Source of the DNA: a virus
Taxonomy: Duplodnaviria > Caudoviricetes
Length of the DNA stretch: 64,000 nt
IMG/VR virus record: IMGVR_UViG_3300037067_016568
Span: 120,769 to 184,768 of that record
Strand: one strand, 5' to 3'
Made by a program: the position numbers and the translations under genes. Shown here piece by piece: positions 38,044 through 49,432 of this stretch. A model generated the notes under the pieces. The model worked only from the letters and a program-made list of their open reading frames with translations. It did no database searches and was not told the origin of the DNA. Every line of letters starts with the position of its first letter. Position 1 is the stretch's first letter.

Positions 38044-38453
38044 GCAGGCATGTCGACGAACAGCTTAGCAATTCTGCTGCGCAATGGACAAGTCGGTAGC
38101 GCATCGTAGCACTCTAATAGTATTTTGCCAATTGGATTATGCTTATCAATTTCTAGTCTATGCACAAATAAATCTAAAGATGGAGGGCACCGTAAGCTTA
38201 TAAACGACTGCCCCCACGCTTTGTTTATCTGGTTCATCACAGGACTAACCAACAAATCGGAAGAGTCACCATATGTGCCGCGAATCGCACCCTCTACAGA
38301 TGCCAATACTTTACTTTTAGTAGTACAGATATACGCTTTCGTTGGATCTTGGTCAAAAACAATCAACCAAAGTGGAATGACTTTATCCAGCAAATCACAT
38401 TGTTTGGCTGCTGATTCCACCGGTTGTTCTTCTTTCAATATCGCCGTCGTCAA
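38040..38453 (-). CDS. hypothetical protein
   Basis: ORF track, co-oriented. Confidence 0.5.
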   Translation of the reverse strand: MTTAILKEEQPVESAAKQCDLLDKVIPLWLIVFDQDPTKAYICTTKSKVLASVEGAIRGTYGDSSDLLVSPVMNQINKAWGQSFISLRCPPSLDLFVHRLEIDKHNPIGKILLECYDALPTCPLRSRIAKLFVDMPA

Positions 38454-38766
38454 GTACGACCCAATAAATCTCTATCGTGTCAGAATCTTCTAATGTCTCA
38501 AATTTATGCCACACACGTGGCGGAACATCGGTACACATACCAGCGGTCAAAACAATCTCATCTGTTGCATTATTATCACGAAAGATGGTCACCCTCATCT
38601 TTCCTCGGAGCACGAATAACCGAGAGAATTTACAATTATGATAGTGCTCTGAACAATAACCACGCGCAGTTGAAAGCAGCCTGTTGATATCAACGTTGTT
38701 GAAATTAAATATGCTTTGTGTGGTTCCCCACACTTTGCCTAAAACAGGCCCAACTGGTATATGCAT
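38395..38766 (-). CDS. cupin-domain protein
   Basis: GKVWG...CSEHYH...FVLRGKMRV...VPPRVWHKF. Confidence 0.7.
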   Translation of the reverse strand: MHIPVGPVLGKVWGTTQSIFNFNNVDINRLLSTARGYCSEHYHNCKFSRLFVLRGKMRVTIFRDNNATDEIVLTAGMCTDVPPRVWHKFETLEDSDTIEIYWVVLDDGDIERRTTGGISSQTM

Positions 38767-38776
38767 AATTGATTCT

Positions 38777-40399
38777 CTAAATTCGCGATTTCTCGTAGAA
38801 GAATTTCACATTTCGGCTGCCTTCTACGATAATTTCATTTATCCCGACGCCAGTTTTATCTTCCGGATCAGCAAGTTGATTGGTTTGAAGAATGTTATTG
38901 GCCGGATTAAACAAATCAACGTACGAAACCCCGTCGACATTTGATGCAGCTTCAATGACATCTGATACGTATAACGGCTGACCAAGGTCTCTGTTATTTA
39001 CATTGAAAAAATCATCTAAAGCCGCATTAACGTTAGTGCGAACTACAGATGCATCAGCATTCCTATTAACTACGACAGTCATATCAATAGGAATCGATTT
39101 TATTGCACCGTCTAGAACGCTGACTGTATCTGTAAGCACATTATATTCATCGACATATGTGGCTACGGCCTGTTTTAGCCCAAGACTAGGAGTGACAAGA
39201 CCGTCCTCACCATATGCCAATATAAAAAGTTCGACAAGATTTGCATTTAAATCTGTACGAATAGTTGCCACAGCCTTTGCAACAGATCCGTAAACTGGAC
39301 TTGAGAAACTACTAATGACTTGTGCGTAATCAGATGCAGTTGTAATGCTAGCTGGCCTATCGGATGCAAAAGCTCTAACTGCAAAATCTCGCGGTGCCCG
39401 CTTTTTTGCTTGCTCTAATGTCTCACGATCTGTACCACCGGAGCTCGAAACAAGATTTCTAAAAGTAACCTGCACTGGGGCTGTTGCACTCGACGGCGAA
39501 GACGGCAATATCGATCTAGATTCATTTATTGCATAACTGCCTATTCTTCCTCTTACGCCACCTCCAATTCTATAATTAACATCTATTTCCTGCCCCGCAA
39601 GAGGAGCTTTACCGTTTATATCATCACCAAACAACAACACAATGCGATCTGTATAGAAAGTCACATTGACAACTTCAGCATCAGCATCATAAGTCTCAAG
39701 TGGATCGGTAGTAACTCTCCACGATGTGGACGTATCGCCAGTATAAACATCTACTGTAATCGGCTCTTGTAATATATTAGATGCTTTTATTGTATATGTC
39801 TGATTTGGGCCTCCAGGGCTGTACAATTTAGCTGGTCCAGCAAATCGCCCTTCTATGCCATACCCTATAACACCTCGCTTACCAGCAGGAATTGTAATTG
39901 TGCTAGTAAAGTCACCTGGCGCTCTAAATAGTTCATAATACAATGGCTGCCCATCTGGACCAGTGATAGTAAATCTCGCACCCGCATCAATATCGAGACT
40001 TATAGTGAGTGCTGTTTGTACTGACACTTCAATATCGACCACAGCTGGTGTCTGTGACTTTATAGTCTGATTAATTAAAGCTAAATGTTCTATAAGTGCA
40101 GCTTCAGTTTGACATGTCGGGAGAAAAGCTTCATTTGACAATAAATCTGATCGCAGACTCAATTTGGCCACATTGTTGGCCTGAGTCTCTATCAGCATCA
40201 TTATTCCGCTGTGCGCAACCCAATCATTGAAATCATTAGGATAATAAGTTCTGATATACTCAATAATAGCACGTCTGGATGTGTCAAAATCCAAGGCACT
40301 AAAATCAATGCGGCGTAATTTAGCCGGTGGTAACATTACGCTGAATTCATCTGGCGACAGAGGCAATTCAAACATCGTGTTTTTTAATTCATCACTCAT
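38777..40399 (-). CDS. baseplate wedge protein (gp6/J-like)
   Basis: IDFSALDFD...YYPNDFND, FGDDINGKAP, YRIGGG, GGTDRETLEQAKKRAP, TASDY. Confidence 0.88.
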   Translation of the reverse strand: MSDELKNTMFELPLSPDEFSVMLPPAKLRRIDFSALDFDTSRRAIIEYIRTYYPNDFNDWVAHSGIMMLIETQANNVAKLSLRSDLLSNEAFLPTCQTEAALIEHLALINQTIKSQTPAVVDIEVSVQTALTISLDIDAGARFTITGPDGQPLYYELFRAPGDFTSTITIPAGKRGVIGYGIEGRFAGPAKLYSPGGPNQTYTIKASNILQEPITVDVYTGDTSTSWRVTTDPLETYDADAEVVNVTFYTDRIVLLFGDDINGKAPLAGQEIDVNYRIGGGVRGRIGSYAINESRSILPSSPSSATAPVQVTFRNLVSSSGGTDRETLEQAKKRAPRDFAVRAFASDRPASITTASDYAQVISSFSSPVYGSVAKAVATIRTDLNANLVELFILAYGEDGLVTPSLGLKQAVATYVDEYNVLTDTVSVLDGAIKSIPIDMTVVVNRNADASVVRTNVNAALDDFFNVNNRDLGQPLYVSDVIEAASNVDGVSYVDLFNPANNILQTNQLADPEDKTGVGINEIIVEGSRNVKFFYEKSRI

Positions 40400-40839
40400 G
40401 TCGCGACTCCTGGCGCGGGTATTGATGTGTCAAGCAAGAATTGTTCAGTCGGAGCGTAACTCATATTCCCCGATACTATAACCTTAAGCAGTAAATCTGC
40501 AGGTACGGCTGTTAGCTGTACATCGACGTTAATAAGCCGTGGTTCGTTCTCATTTATTGCAGAAATGATATTAGACCGTAAATCAGACATAACCCTATCT
40601 GTCATAGGCTCAAACACGGTTGAACGAAGTGTCGTCCCAAATGTAGGCCGATGAACACGCTCTCCAGGGATAGTAAACAATAATTGCAATATGTCGTTTT
40701 TGACAAGGCGTATATCGACCTGACGCGGTAGTATGCCACGATAACGATTTGGTTCAGCATTCGACGGATTCGTATTTGCGGCTGTTTGAACAGCGCTGAG
40801 GAATGGTGGATTAAATCCGTAATATGTCTCTTTCATCAT
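40396..40839 (-). CDS. baseplate wedge protein gp25-like
   Basis: LLFTIPGERVHRPTFGT...FEP...EPRL. Confidence 0.9.
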   Translation of the reverse strand: MMKETYYGFNPPFLSAVQTAANTNPSNAEPNRYRGILPRQVDIRLVKNDILQLLFTIPGERVHRPTFGTTLRSTVFEPMTDRVMSDLRSNIISAINENEPRLINVDVQLTAVPADLLLKVIVSGNMSYAPTEQFLLDTSIPAPGVAT

Positions 40840-41543
40840 CTCACCATTTGAGCAACAGCCAATATTTGGTTTTCCAAACTTGATGCTAATGCTGCTTGTA
40901 CGTTCGCTCTTTCGACTAAGATAATACTCTCTGCTGTAAATTCCGCTAACTTGACACGTAAAGAATCTAAAACATCTTGCAATGATGGATCGTGTTGAAC
41001 CAATTGAACAAGTGCATCTATCGCCTTCTTAGTTTCATTTATATTCTTTTGATTTTCAGAAATTGCTGTCTCTATGTTCATTCTGTCCTGTATTACTACA
41101 CTCAACTCGGCATTGAGTGTAGTGAATTGAGTATCAGCAGATTTATTGATTATCTCTATATCGTCCTGTGATACTCCAAGAGATGCTAAATCGAGTATAT
41201 TGGTGTCATGTCGTACTTCCAGCGAATCCGGTACTAGCATAGGCTTCAACGTCGACTCTTGAGATACTGCAAACTCAAGAACCTGACCAACTTCAAATTG
41301 CTTCTTAGCAGAGCCTATGGATGACGGCCCAGCAAGATTATCCGTATAAACTCTCTGACCATCTGGTTTAGTAGTATCTATTGGCGACCGTTGCCTACGT
41401 TCTATTGCCGATGGTAATTGGACTTCCGTCAAAGAACCATTAGGAGGCGATGTCATACTTATAGTATATGTGACATTTCCACTGTCAGACGCAGTTTTCG
41501 GGATTACCGATGAATACAGTGCTGTCGGATAGCTTATAATCAT
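40836..41543 (-). CDS. hypothetical structural protein (coiled coil)
   Basis: Lies between the gp5-like and gp25-like genes with overlapping start/stop codons. Confidence 0.6.
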   Translation of the reverse strand: MIISYPTALYSSVIPKTASDSGNVTYTISMTSPPNGSLTEVQLPSAIERRQRSPIDTTKPDGQRVYTDNLAGPSSIGSAKKQFEVGQVLEFAVSQESTLKPMLVPDSLEVRHDTNILDLASLGVSQDDIEIINKSADTQFTTLNAELSVVIQDRMNIETAISENQKNINETKKAIDALVQLVQHDPSLQDVLDSLRVKLAEFTAESIILVERANVQAALASSLENQILAVAQMVR

Positions 41544-43681
41544 GTTATATCTTTGTTGCGCTCCAAATCACTATTGTATCTAGCTCCACGATTAGTGGGT
41601 TTCAACTGCGGTGTACTTGATGGCGTGAGAACATCTGGCGGTTCGATGGGCACCTCGCTATCAAATCCCTTCCATCGCAATACTTTATTAATTTTAATAA
41701 ATTGAGAATCTATCTCAAGCATACCGCTGCCACCCATCAGTGTTATCTTGTCATTACTGCGTACAGTTACATCGCGATTGGCATATGCTTTAATATCTCT
41801 GCCAGATATAACCTCTACATCTCCATTACAAGCTATTTGAATTTTACCAGATTCAGAGTTCCTTATGACTATTTCTTTCTTGATTTCATCAAACCACCAA
41901 CAGATTTTTACTGCGTCTGGCTCTTGTCTAGCGCGGCACACAGTCAATTTCTCTTTACCAGAAAACCACAAACCGCGATCATGAATGTCGACCAGCTCAG
42001 TCCAAGGGTCATCATCCTTACTGCCATCTCTACACTCTAAGCCTTGCTGTACTCCCTGAAACGATGGATTAACTATGCCCGATCCATTAAGAGCCCATGG
42101 GAGATCTGGGGAATTGCCAGCAGCAGTTTTAAACCGAATATATTCATTGTGAAAATCAATTTTGAGATGGTGTGACGTTAACTCTGTATCGCCATAAACC
42201 AAGCATGAATCTAGAAACTCATTGTCTTTTATGCCACGCCATGGCATGGGATAATCTGGCTTACCGGCAATCATGAAATATTGTAATTTGTCGCTTATTT
42301 GAGCTGTTATACCAAGCGGAGATCCCCAAGTTGTCTGGTTAAGCTGGTCGTGCTCATTAAACTCCCAATAAAAACCTCTAGGATCGCCTTCAACAATTTC
42401 TCCTTGCGCACCTGGCGTACGCCTGCCTTTTATTAGAGCGCCAAATCCACGTGGATTTTCCTTTGTGTCTGCATTCTTCGTATCGGAGCCGCGATCATCC
42501 AAAACGAATTTAAAACCATATCTAGTGACATATCGTATCCAGCGTGCATCGCGATTCCAATAGGTGTCCTCTTGTTCTGTTTTTGCTCCAACCTCATCCA
42601 GCAGCTTCCGTTTAATAAAAGTGTCATCCACAGGGTCGAACCCTATATCTGACATCTGAAATAGCATGCCGCCTTTGGTGCGCAGCTTAACCCATCGTTC
42701 ATCTTTTGTGCTATTCGATATCGTACGTGGTTTGCCATATTCACCGTCACGCGTCTTATTCCATCCAACATCCCTCATCTCAAATTTATGGCCATACCTA
42801 GTCCATGACATCATTCTGCGTTGGTCTGTCCCGTGTGTAGCATCCTCATTGATAAGCTTTTGTAAATATTTCCAACGTGCTATCTCCCAAGATTCGTCCT
42901 TTTCAACGTCACCATAAAATTCCCCGGTATCAGACGATGTAGATCCATTCTGCGAGTCTGATATTTGCCAGTGATATCCTTGGTCTCCCATTATTAATAG
43001 ATGACCATATTTGCTCATCCTGATCATACACTTTTGATCGGGATTATTCATTATCGGCGGTAGAGCAGTCTGCTTATATGGCGTTACATTGCCATCCTTG
43101 TCAGTACTGGTTTGCGATTGTAATGGATCATTATCTGGTCCAGGTGGTTTCTCTTTATGCTCTACAGGAAAGAAACCTACTGAACTCATCAAATCGAGAT
43201 TGCCATATCTGTCTGCCAAACCACTGCTCATGGGCCGAGAGTCTTTAGGCAGATAATCTTTATTATAGTCATCTGGAGGGTCGATTGCCGTCCCGTTCGA
43301 ATCGACTGGGAGAGGAGTGATACTATATATGGATGGATATGGATAAAACTTTCTTCTAGTAGGAGTACAAAAGCCGACCCACACAGGACCATATGGATGT
43401 TGTTTCTCAAAGTCTATCCATACCCAATCACCAATGCATGGTGATACCCAAGAGCCAGCACGCTTACCACCCAACGCAAACTGAGAAACTGCCCACGGGC
43501 ATTCTTCTGGCTTTAAATCCCAGTCATGCATTTCAGGACATTTAAACCTGATGCGATGCATATTCAGCGGATCATTCGTTTCTACTACTATTGCTCGATA
43601 TATGCCAGGGAAGCGCGCATCCAGTGGCCGCTCACGCGCATTCAAAAACCGATCTAAAGTAATAGTAGAATTGTCACTCAT
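41540..43681 (-). CDS. baseplate spike/hub, gp5/VgrG OB-fold-like
   Basis: GIYRAIVVETNDPLNMHRIRFKCP...PCIGDWVWIDFE...PVWVG; beta-rich C-terminus; start reassigned to MSDN (ATGA overlap). Confidence 0.8.
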   Translation of the reverse strand: MSDNSTITLDRFLNARERPLDARFPGIYRAIVVETNDPLNMHRIRFKCPEMHDWDLKPEECPWAVSQFALGGKRAGSWVSPCIGDWVWIDFEKQHPYGPVWVGFCTPTRRKFYPYPSIYSITPLPVDSNGTAIDPPDDYNKDYLPKDSRPMSSGLADRYGNLDLMSSVGFFPVEHKEKPPGPDNDPLQSQTSTDKDGNVTPYKQTALPPIMNNPDQKCMIRMSKYGHLLIMGDQGYHWQISDSQNGSTSSDTGEFYGDVEKDESWEIARWKYLQKLINEDATHGTDQRRMMSWTRYGHKFEMRDVGWNKTRDGEYGKPRTISNSTKDERWVKLRTKGGMLFQMSDIGFDPVDDTFIKRKLLDEVGAKTEQEDTYWNRDARWIRYVTRYGFKFVLDDRGSDTKNADTKENPRGFGALIKGRRTPGAQGEIVEGDPRGFYWEFNEHDQLNQTTWGSPLGITAQISDKLQYFMIAGKPDYPMPWRGIKDNEFLDSCLVYGDTELTSHHLKIDFHNEYIRFKTAAGNSPDLPWALNGSGIVNPSFQGVQQGLECRDGSKDDDPWTELVDIHDRGLWFSGKEKLTVCRARQEPDAVKICWWFDEIKKEIVIRNSESGKIQIACNGDVEVISGRDIKAYANRDVTVRSNDKITLMGGSGMLEIDSQFIKINKVLRWKGFDSEVPIEPPDVLTPSSTPQLKPTNRGARYNSDLERNKDIT

Positions 43682-43980
43682 AACAGTTCGCTCGTCATTA
43701 TTGCAGGATCTGGAACCTTTATGGTATCTCCAGCATTTGGCCAATTTAAAGTGTCTGTTGCATTATTTACAGTGATTAATACCCAGTCAAGAGAATCATC
43801 TCCATACAATTCATTCGCTATTAAGTCTGGCCGACCTGCGTATCGCGCGTTAATAACAAGCAGTAACAAATTATCATAAATAGCCTGTGTAAGCGGGCTA
43901 TTCCACCTACCATAAGTATCACAACCATCAAACACAACTGGATCTGTTTGAACAAATCTGGAATATGCTTGTATATCCAT
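43678..43980 (-). CDS. baseplate wedge gp53/LysM-like protein
   Basis: GRPDLIANELYGDDSLDWVLITVNN...GDTIKVP. Confidence 0.85.
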   Translation of the reverse strand: MDIQAYSRFVQTDPVVFDGCDTYGRWNSPLTQAIYDNLLLLVINARYAGRPDLIANELYGDDSLDWVLITVNNATDTLNWPNAGDTIKVPDPAIMTSELL

Positions 43981-43981
43981 A

Positions 43982-44647
43982 TTAATTCCAATCAGGTGGT
44001 ACGACTTTTTCTAGAAGATTTAGATCCATTTTCGAATCTTTACTACCAGACAACTTCTCCATTAAGTTACCTTGCGTTTGTTGCAGTCCGGTCGTTGCTT
44101 GATTGTATAAGCTGTTGCCACCAGCTGTCCAAAGCTGCATGGAAACCTTTATGTTAGTTATTACAGGATGGGCTTCTCTATATTGCGGAGAACCGCTAGA
44201 ATCAGTTGGGATGTATAATGCTTTACCGTGTGTAACATCTACATTAGTAAGACGGCACGTCATATTCTCAACGCCACCTAATTTCCAAATAGAAAAATTA
44301 ACTATAAAATTACTCGCTAAATTCTCTCTTGCAGTCCAATAGCTTCGTATATTGACAATTTGTGTTCTGACTTTATTAATATCCCAGCCATTTGCACCTA
44401 TGACATAAGTCCATTCCAGTGACCATTTTCTAGCACCAGACACCTTCCATGTGGCTATAGGTTGGTCGCCTGGGACTTCAGTTTCAAACCATGAACCAGT
44501 TCTGCTGTCAGTAAGAATCTTAGGCGGAAATTGAAACAATATAGGCAGACCTTTATCAACATCACTACCGTCGTACTTCTTAGTACCCATAGTGAATTTA
44601 ACATTATTCGCCAATTCAACATCAATTTGTAATAAATTGTCTGCCAT
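43982..44647 (-). CDS. tube initiator/baseplate protein
   Basis: Directly downstream of the tape measure gene; FQFPP...DSRTGSW...VPG..P pattern. Confidence 0.6.
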   Translation of the reverse strand: MADNLLQIDVELANNVKFTMGTKKYDGSDVDKGLPILFQFPPKILTDSRTGSWFETEVPGDQPIATWKVSGARKWSLEWTYVIGANGWDINKVRTQIVNIRSYWTARENLASNFIVNFSIWKLGGVENMTCRLTNVDVTHGKALYIPTDSSGSPQYREAHPVITNIKVSMQLWTAGGNSLYNQATTGLQQTQGNLMEKLSGSKDSKMDLNLLEKVVPPDWN

Positions 44648-44648
44648 G

Positions 44649-47600
44649 TTATGACCAGTTATTCAATCTTGTGCTCAATTTCGATGGTGATTCTCCCATC
44701 TTTGGAAGATACGTTTGTAATAGCAGCTTGATAGCACCTACATCCTCCAAATTCGCGCCGCCACTAATCTTATCAACTGCCTCAGCTATAGTATTCATTA
44801 GTTCTATTTGTTTTTGCTGCATTTCCTCTTGCTTCCAGCGGCTTACAACAGCTCCAGTCGATTCAGTTTTCACTTGAATCGTAGAGATTGTTTCAGCCAT
44901 AACTCTCTTTTTGTCTTCTTCCTCGACATTGGTTGGTACTCCAAGCTTGCTGGAGATAGATTCAAGTGCTATAAACGACGCTCTCAGTGTCTCTATTTGA
45001 CTTTCTATTTTGTGTTGCCCAGATTCAATGGCAGCTGCAATTCTATCAGTAACATCTGTTATTATAGGAATGACGAGCAGTAAATCAATAAACGCATTAG
45101 TCATGTTTTCGCGTAACTGCCACATCACAAACGCGATACCAAATAATCCTATTGTCATGCTCAAAACAGCACGATCAACGGCGGTTTTTAACTCATCGAA
45201 GATAATAACTAATGAATCTGCAAAAGTCAAAACAGACGAACTGATACCGGATAGATTCCCGACTTCGAATCTTGATATTGCTTCCAACGCTCTACCGAAA
45301 GCTATTAACGAATTACCGACAAGCATAGTTTGAATTGGATCAATTTTATTAATTCCAGAAGATAATCCTCGCATTCCAGCCGCGAATTTGATCCCGTAGC
45401 CCATTGAGGCAATAAATGTAGTAATACCAGGACCTAGTGAACCAAGTGCGGTCCCAAATCTTTGCATCGTACCGTCACTGAGCCTGACCATTTTCTCTAC
45501 AGCACTATCACTCAGCAAAAACATAGCCATGCTCAGACCAGTCATGGCTGCTATCAACGGTATCGTAGCGAGAGCCATGGCAGTTGCGCCTATGCCTATC
45601 GTTACCGCCGCTAGCGTAAGCTCAGCACCAAACGCAATTAACGCTAAACCGATTCCTAGCAAGCTTAAAGCACCAATATCTGCCAACTTACTTATGCTAT
45701 TCACTACATTTTCAAATGCCCATGATACCATTAATGCAGAAAAACCGAGTCCAACAAAAGCTGCAGCCAATGCAATAGCTGCAGCTACGCCTAACCACCC
45801 AAATGTACCGAGAGCTAGTAGCGCAGCAGTAAGTGCTCCAATTACAACAACAACAGCGACCAGTGGGCCGACTATAGCCCACCCAAGCTGAGCCATTCGA
45901 ACAAAAGCAGCCGCCATCATCAAGAATCCAGCGCCGACAGCAACAGCTGCGATTGCAAGAGCTAATAATTTTGGAGCACTTGTCGCCTCCATAAACGCTC
46001 TCCACAGTGCAATTCCGACCACCAAACCGACAAGTGCCACACCCAATGCTATAACACTACCAGTTAATACTAAAAGGCCACCTCCTAAACCCTTCAAAAC
46101 CTGCCACATCCGATCAAAAAATCCGATGGCTGGTTCGACTTTTTCACCCATTTTACCAATTGCGGCTGTTGCCTGATCAACAGCTGGCGTAAGGCTACCA
46201 GATAGTAAATTAAAAACCCAGCTAAGACTGTCGATCAATGGCGTTAAAACATTATCCATAAGCCAAATGATAGCCGGGGCTACTGCTACCATCATATTGC
46301 TCCAGGCAGATTCTATTTTAGCCCACATCTTAGTAAAACTATCAGATATTGACTGCGTGGCTTCTCTATATAAAAATTCCTGCCCTTTACCGGCCTTAAG
46401 AGCCTCAGCAAATGCTTTATCTCTGGCATATGCAGATTCTTTAGCGATAAAATCGCTCATTTCCTTACTCGATTTACTGAGCAAGTCGACAGTCTTACCT
46501 GCAGAATCTTCAAATGTCTGCAAACTAATCATAGCCATGAGTGCTTGCTCATCCATACCCAATGCAGCAGCGCGTTGGCGAATAGCTATTTGCCGCATCG
46601 TATGGTCTTGAATCGCAGAAAAGGTCTCAGCAGATATTTTAACATATGCACGCAAATCAGCTTTAGCTTGCTCCGCAGGAGCCATTGTGTCATATGCCTC
46701 TTCAATCGCATGTCCCATGCCTTTTATGCGAGCTAAGGCGTCTGGATCAGCCCACATTTTATTAAGCCCGTCTGATAATTGAGCCACTTGCTCAGTACTC
46801 ATACCCATCTTATTGGCAAATGCAGTCAACGACACATTATACGCATTTAATTCACTGGTGCCTTCAGCACCGAACATACTCTTCATAACTGCAACTGATC
46901 TTGACTGCTGAGCAAGTATTCTATTTAACTGCTCAGCAGACATTCCAAGACGACGCATAGCAGTAGCATATCTAAGGAGTATTGTTTCGGCATCTCTAAT
47001 GCCCAAACTTCTCATAGCACGTTGCCAATCGGCCAAATCCTTTTGAGTCACACCTAAAATCTTAGAAAATTGAACATTGGTATTAACTAATCTTGCTAAC
47101 TCGTCGTCAGTAGTTCGTATAGACGCACCCAGTATTGTCATGGCCTCCATCGCTGGACGGCGCATCAAACCGTACTGAACTGTCAGCTTGTTAACTTGTC
47201 CTATTATTTCCTTTTGTTGCCCGTATAAACGATAATTAGCCGTATTAAACTTATTCTCTTCCTCAACAAACAACGCAAATGCAGAGCGAATAGCTTGTAT
47301 TCCAATAAGCATCTCTGCAAAGCCATAGACAGTATCCTTTACTCCCTTCGAGACACCATGCCATGCAGCAGCGACGAGATTGCTGGATTCGGCACAATCT
47401 CTACCTTGATGAGCAAATTGGGCTACAGCACCGCTACCACCAGCCCACGCAGCAGCTACCTGATTACCGATACCAGCTTGTACTTTTCCTTGCTTAATAG
47501 ACTGATCGCCAGAATCATTGATATCTTGCCAAATTGCTGCAATATGCTGACTAGCTCCCGTATAAGCACCAGCATAGCTGATGGACTCGGCACTAGCAGT

Positions 47601-48047
47601 CCGATTTGTTTTTACAGCTTCTGATATTTCTTCTTGATACTGCGCTTGGGTTTTACATTCATCGGATATAGACTTCTGCTCCTTCAGCATTTGCGGTATC
47701 CATTTGCGGACTTTATCTAAATCCAAGAATGATTTCAAACCAGTCTTAGCCGTATTTGTGTTTAACCGATCAATTTCCTCATAATGCTGCTGTATAGCTG
47801 TCAGATCGGTCTCAAGTTGAGTTGCTGTTTTAGATATGTCAGTACTTGAAGTCGAAATTTTTGAGACTTGATCTTGTATAAACGTTAATGACTTTGTAAC
47901 TGGTGCAGACAGAATAGCACTTACTTTCTGCATACCATTTTGAATATTAATGATAGAACTTAAGATGTCTCCTAAGCTCGATATTGCGGGCGCAGCTTGG
48001 AGCTGAAATGCAAGATTTAAGGCATAGCTATTGATGTCGTCTGCCAT
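44649..48047 (-). CDS. tape measure protein
   Basis: 1132 aa, Ala-rich and helical with multiple hydrophobic segments; located in the tail module. Confidence 0.8.
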   Translation of the reverse strand: MADDINSYALNLAFQLQAAPAISSLGDILSSIINIQNGMQKVSAILSAPVTKSLTFIQDQVSKISTSSTDISKTATQLETDLTAIQQHYEEIDRLNTNTAKTGLKSFLDLDKVRKWIPQMLKEQKSISDECKTQAQYQEEISEAVKTNRTASAESISYAGAYTGASQHIAAIWQDINDSGDQSIKQGKVQAGIGNQVAAAWAGGSGAVAQFAHQGRDCAESSNLVAAAWHGVSKGVKDTVYGFAEMLIGIQAIRSAFALFVEEENKFNTANYRLYGQQKEIIGQVNKLTVQYGLMRRPAMEAMTILGASIRTTDDELARLVNTNVQFSKILGVTQKDLADWQRAMRSLGIRDAETILLRYATAMRRLGMSAEQLNRILAQQSRSVAVMKSMFGAEGTSELNAYNVSLTAFANKMGMSTEQVAQLSDGLNKMWADPDALARIKGMGHAIEEAYDTMAPAEQAKADLRAYVKISAETFSAIQDHTMRQIAIRQRAAALGMDEQALMAMISLQTFEDSAGKTVDLLSKSSKEMSDFIAKESAYARDKAFAEALKAGKGQEFLYREATQSISDSFTKMWAKIESAWSNMMVAVAPAIIWLMDNVLTPLIDSLSWVFNLLSGSLTPAVDQATAAIGKMGEKVEPAIGFFDRMWQVLKGLGGGLLVLTGSVIALGVALVGLVVGIALWRAFMEATSAPKLLALAIAAVAVGAGFLMMAAAFVRMAQLGWAIVGPLVAVVVVIGALTAALLALGTFGWLGVAAAIALAAAFVGLGFSALMVSWAFENVVNSISKLADIGALSLLGIGLALIAFGAELTLAAVTIGIGATAMALATIPLIAAMTGLSMAMFLLSDSAVEKMVRLSDGTMQRFGTALGSLGPGITTFIASMGYGIKFAAGMRGLSSGINKIDPIQTMLVGNSLIAFGRALEAISRFEVGNLSGISSSVLTFADSLVIIFDELKTAVDRAVLSMTIGLFGIAFVMWQLRENMTNAFIDLLLVIPIITDVTDRIAAAIESGQHKIESQIETLRASFIALESISSKLGVPTNVEEEDKKRVMAETISTIQVKTESTGAVVSRWKQEEMQQKQIELMNTIAEAVDKISGGANLEDVGAIKLLLQTYLPKMGESPSKLSTRLNNWS

Positions 48048-49432
48048 TATGTTCCTTTACCAACAGCTACCGCAGTGGCATCTTTGTCGAGTCTATAACA
48101 ATAGAGATCTGTTACCCACGATTCAGGACGATAGAGATGAGTAAATCCATAAACAATCCAATTGCCAGCAACAAAGTAAGGAGGCGCACCCTGTTGCGAT
48201 GAAGTCAAGGTTACATAAATAGTATCAGCGCCTAATCCTTCAGATCCAGACCATATATGATGCCCCATAATCCGAAAACGCATCCGTAAAAGTGTTGAAC
48301 AAGATGAGAGATATGCACCACGTGCTCTCCCGTCAATAAAATCGCGATATTTCAAGCCCAAGTCGCCAGCTGAAAACTCTGGAATCGAGGATATCTCTGT
48401 CCAACCAACAACGTCTGATAACGGATCACCATCACCGCTTGGCTTATCGTATGATCTCCATAATCTAGTCGACGTGCCTATCTTTCCTGTGTTATCAACC
48501 TGTGGCTTGTATTTGTTAGGGGTCTGGTCATCACCGATAAACACAACATCCATTTTCTGTTTATGTGTTGATCGATCAAAATATTCACCAGATACTGACG
48601 ACATACCGCTAGTAACCATTTGATTATTCAACATTTGCAGGGCATTGTCGCCTATAAATTCCCATTCAAGGATGTCACCCGGCCTTTTATCAGGACCCCC
48701 ACCAAAGCCACGCCACTCATAAGTTGCTCTCTGTTTCGACTCTACAGACGCTTGCTCCTTTATTATTAATGTATCAGCGTCCGGATATAGAAACCAGCGT
48801 GTCTTATGATCAGACAAGCTTGTCGTCCAATCCAACAGCGATAAGATGAATGTCTTAGGGTCCATCCTTAACTGCCACCACCTATTGAATTTGTTGTCTC
48901 TTGTATCGGCATCAAATTCTAAGTTGCATCGGCCTTTTCCATATTTCTGGACAACTTGCCGTATAACACTAGCAACATTGCCTTGGTAGCTGCCGCCGCC
49001 AGCATCACCGGCAGCTAAAAAATAAGATGGGTAATCGACTGCCAATAACTCTATTTCAGAAGTATTGGTGGCTCCAGAAGGTGCCATTGTCACTAATGCA
49101 TGAGATTGAGTAGCAGTCCTTAATTCGCTAACCGCTCCCCATCTAATAAGACTTTCGATATCAACCGGGCCTAATGATTCATTACGACTATAGTGAAAAT
49201 ATGAGTTACCGACAAAATTCTTGTACATAGTGAAGTGCGGATCGGCAAATTTAGCTCTGACTTGCTCTCCACCATTTAACATCGCCGTAAATTCGTATTC
49301 GATACAGTTAGTGCCGCAATTCGGGAAAATCTCGTTTGATGTAGTGGGTATATTAATCTTGACTACAACCGATGGGGCTGTACTTACTTTAGTGATACCG
49401 TCGTTAACAAGCCTTTTATTATTGGTGGCCAC
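48047..49432 (-). CDS. putative baseplate hub protein (gp27/late-control-D-like)
   Basis: Position, plus SYQGNVASVIRQVV and C-terminal GNWIVYGFTHLY...TDL patterns. Confidence 0.55.
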   Translation of the reverse strand: MATNNKRLVNDGITKVSTAPSVVVKINIPTTSNEIFPNCGTNCIEYEFTAMLNGGEQVRAKFADPHFTMYKNFVGNSYFHYSRNESLGPVDIESLIRWGAVSELRTATQSHALVTMAPSGATNTSEIELLAVDYPSYFLAAGDAGGGSYQGNVASVIRQVVQKYGKGRCNLEFDADTRDNKFNRWWQLRMDPKTFILSLLDWTTSLSDHKTRWFLYPDADTLIIKEQASVESKQRATYEWRGFGGGPDKRPGDILEWEFIGDNALQMLNNQMVTSGMSSVSGEYFDRSTHKQKMDVVFIGDDQTPNKYKPQVDNTGKIGTSTRLWRSYDKPSGDGDPLSDVVGWTEISSIPEFSAGDLGLKYRDFIDGRARGAYLSSCSTLLRMRFRIMGHHIWSGSEGLGADTIYVTLTSSQQGAPPYFVAGNWIVYGFTHLYRPESWVTDLYCYRLDKDATAVAVGKGT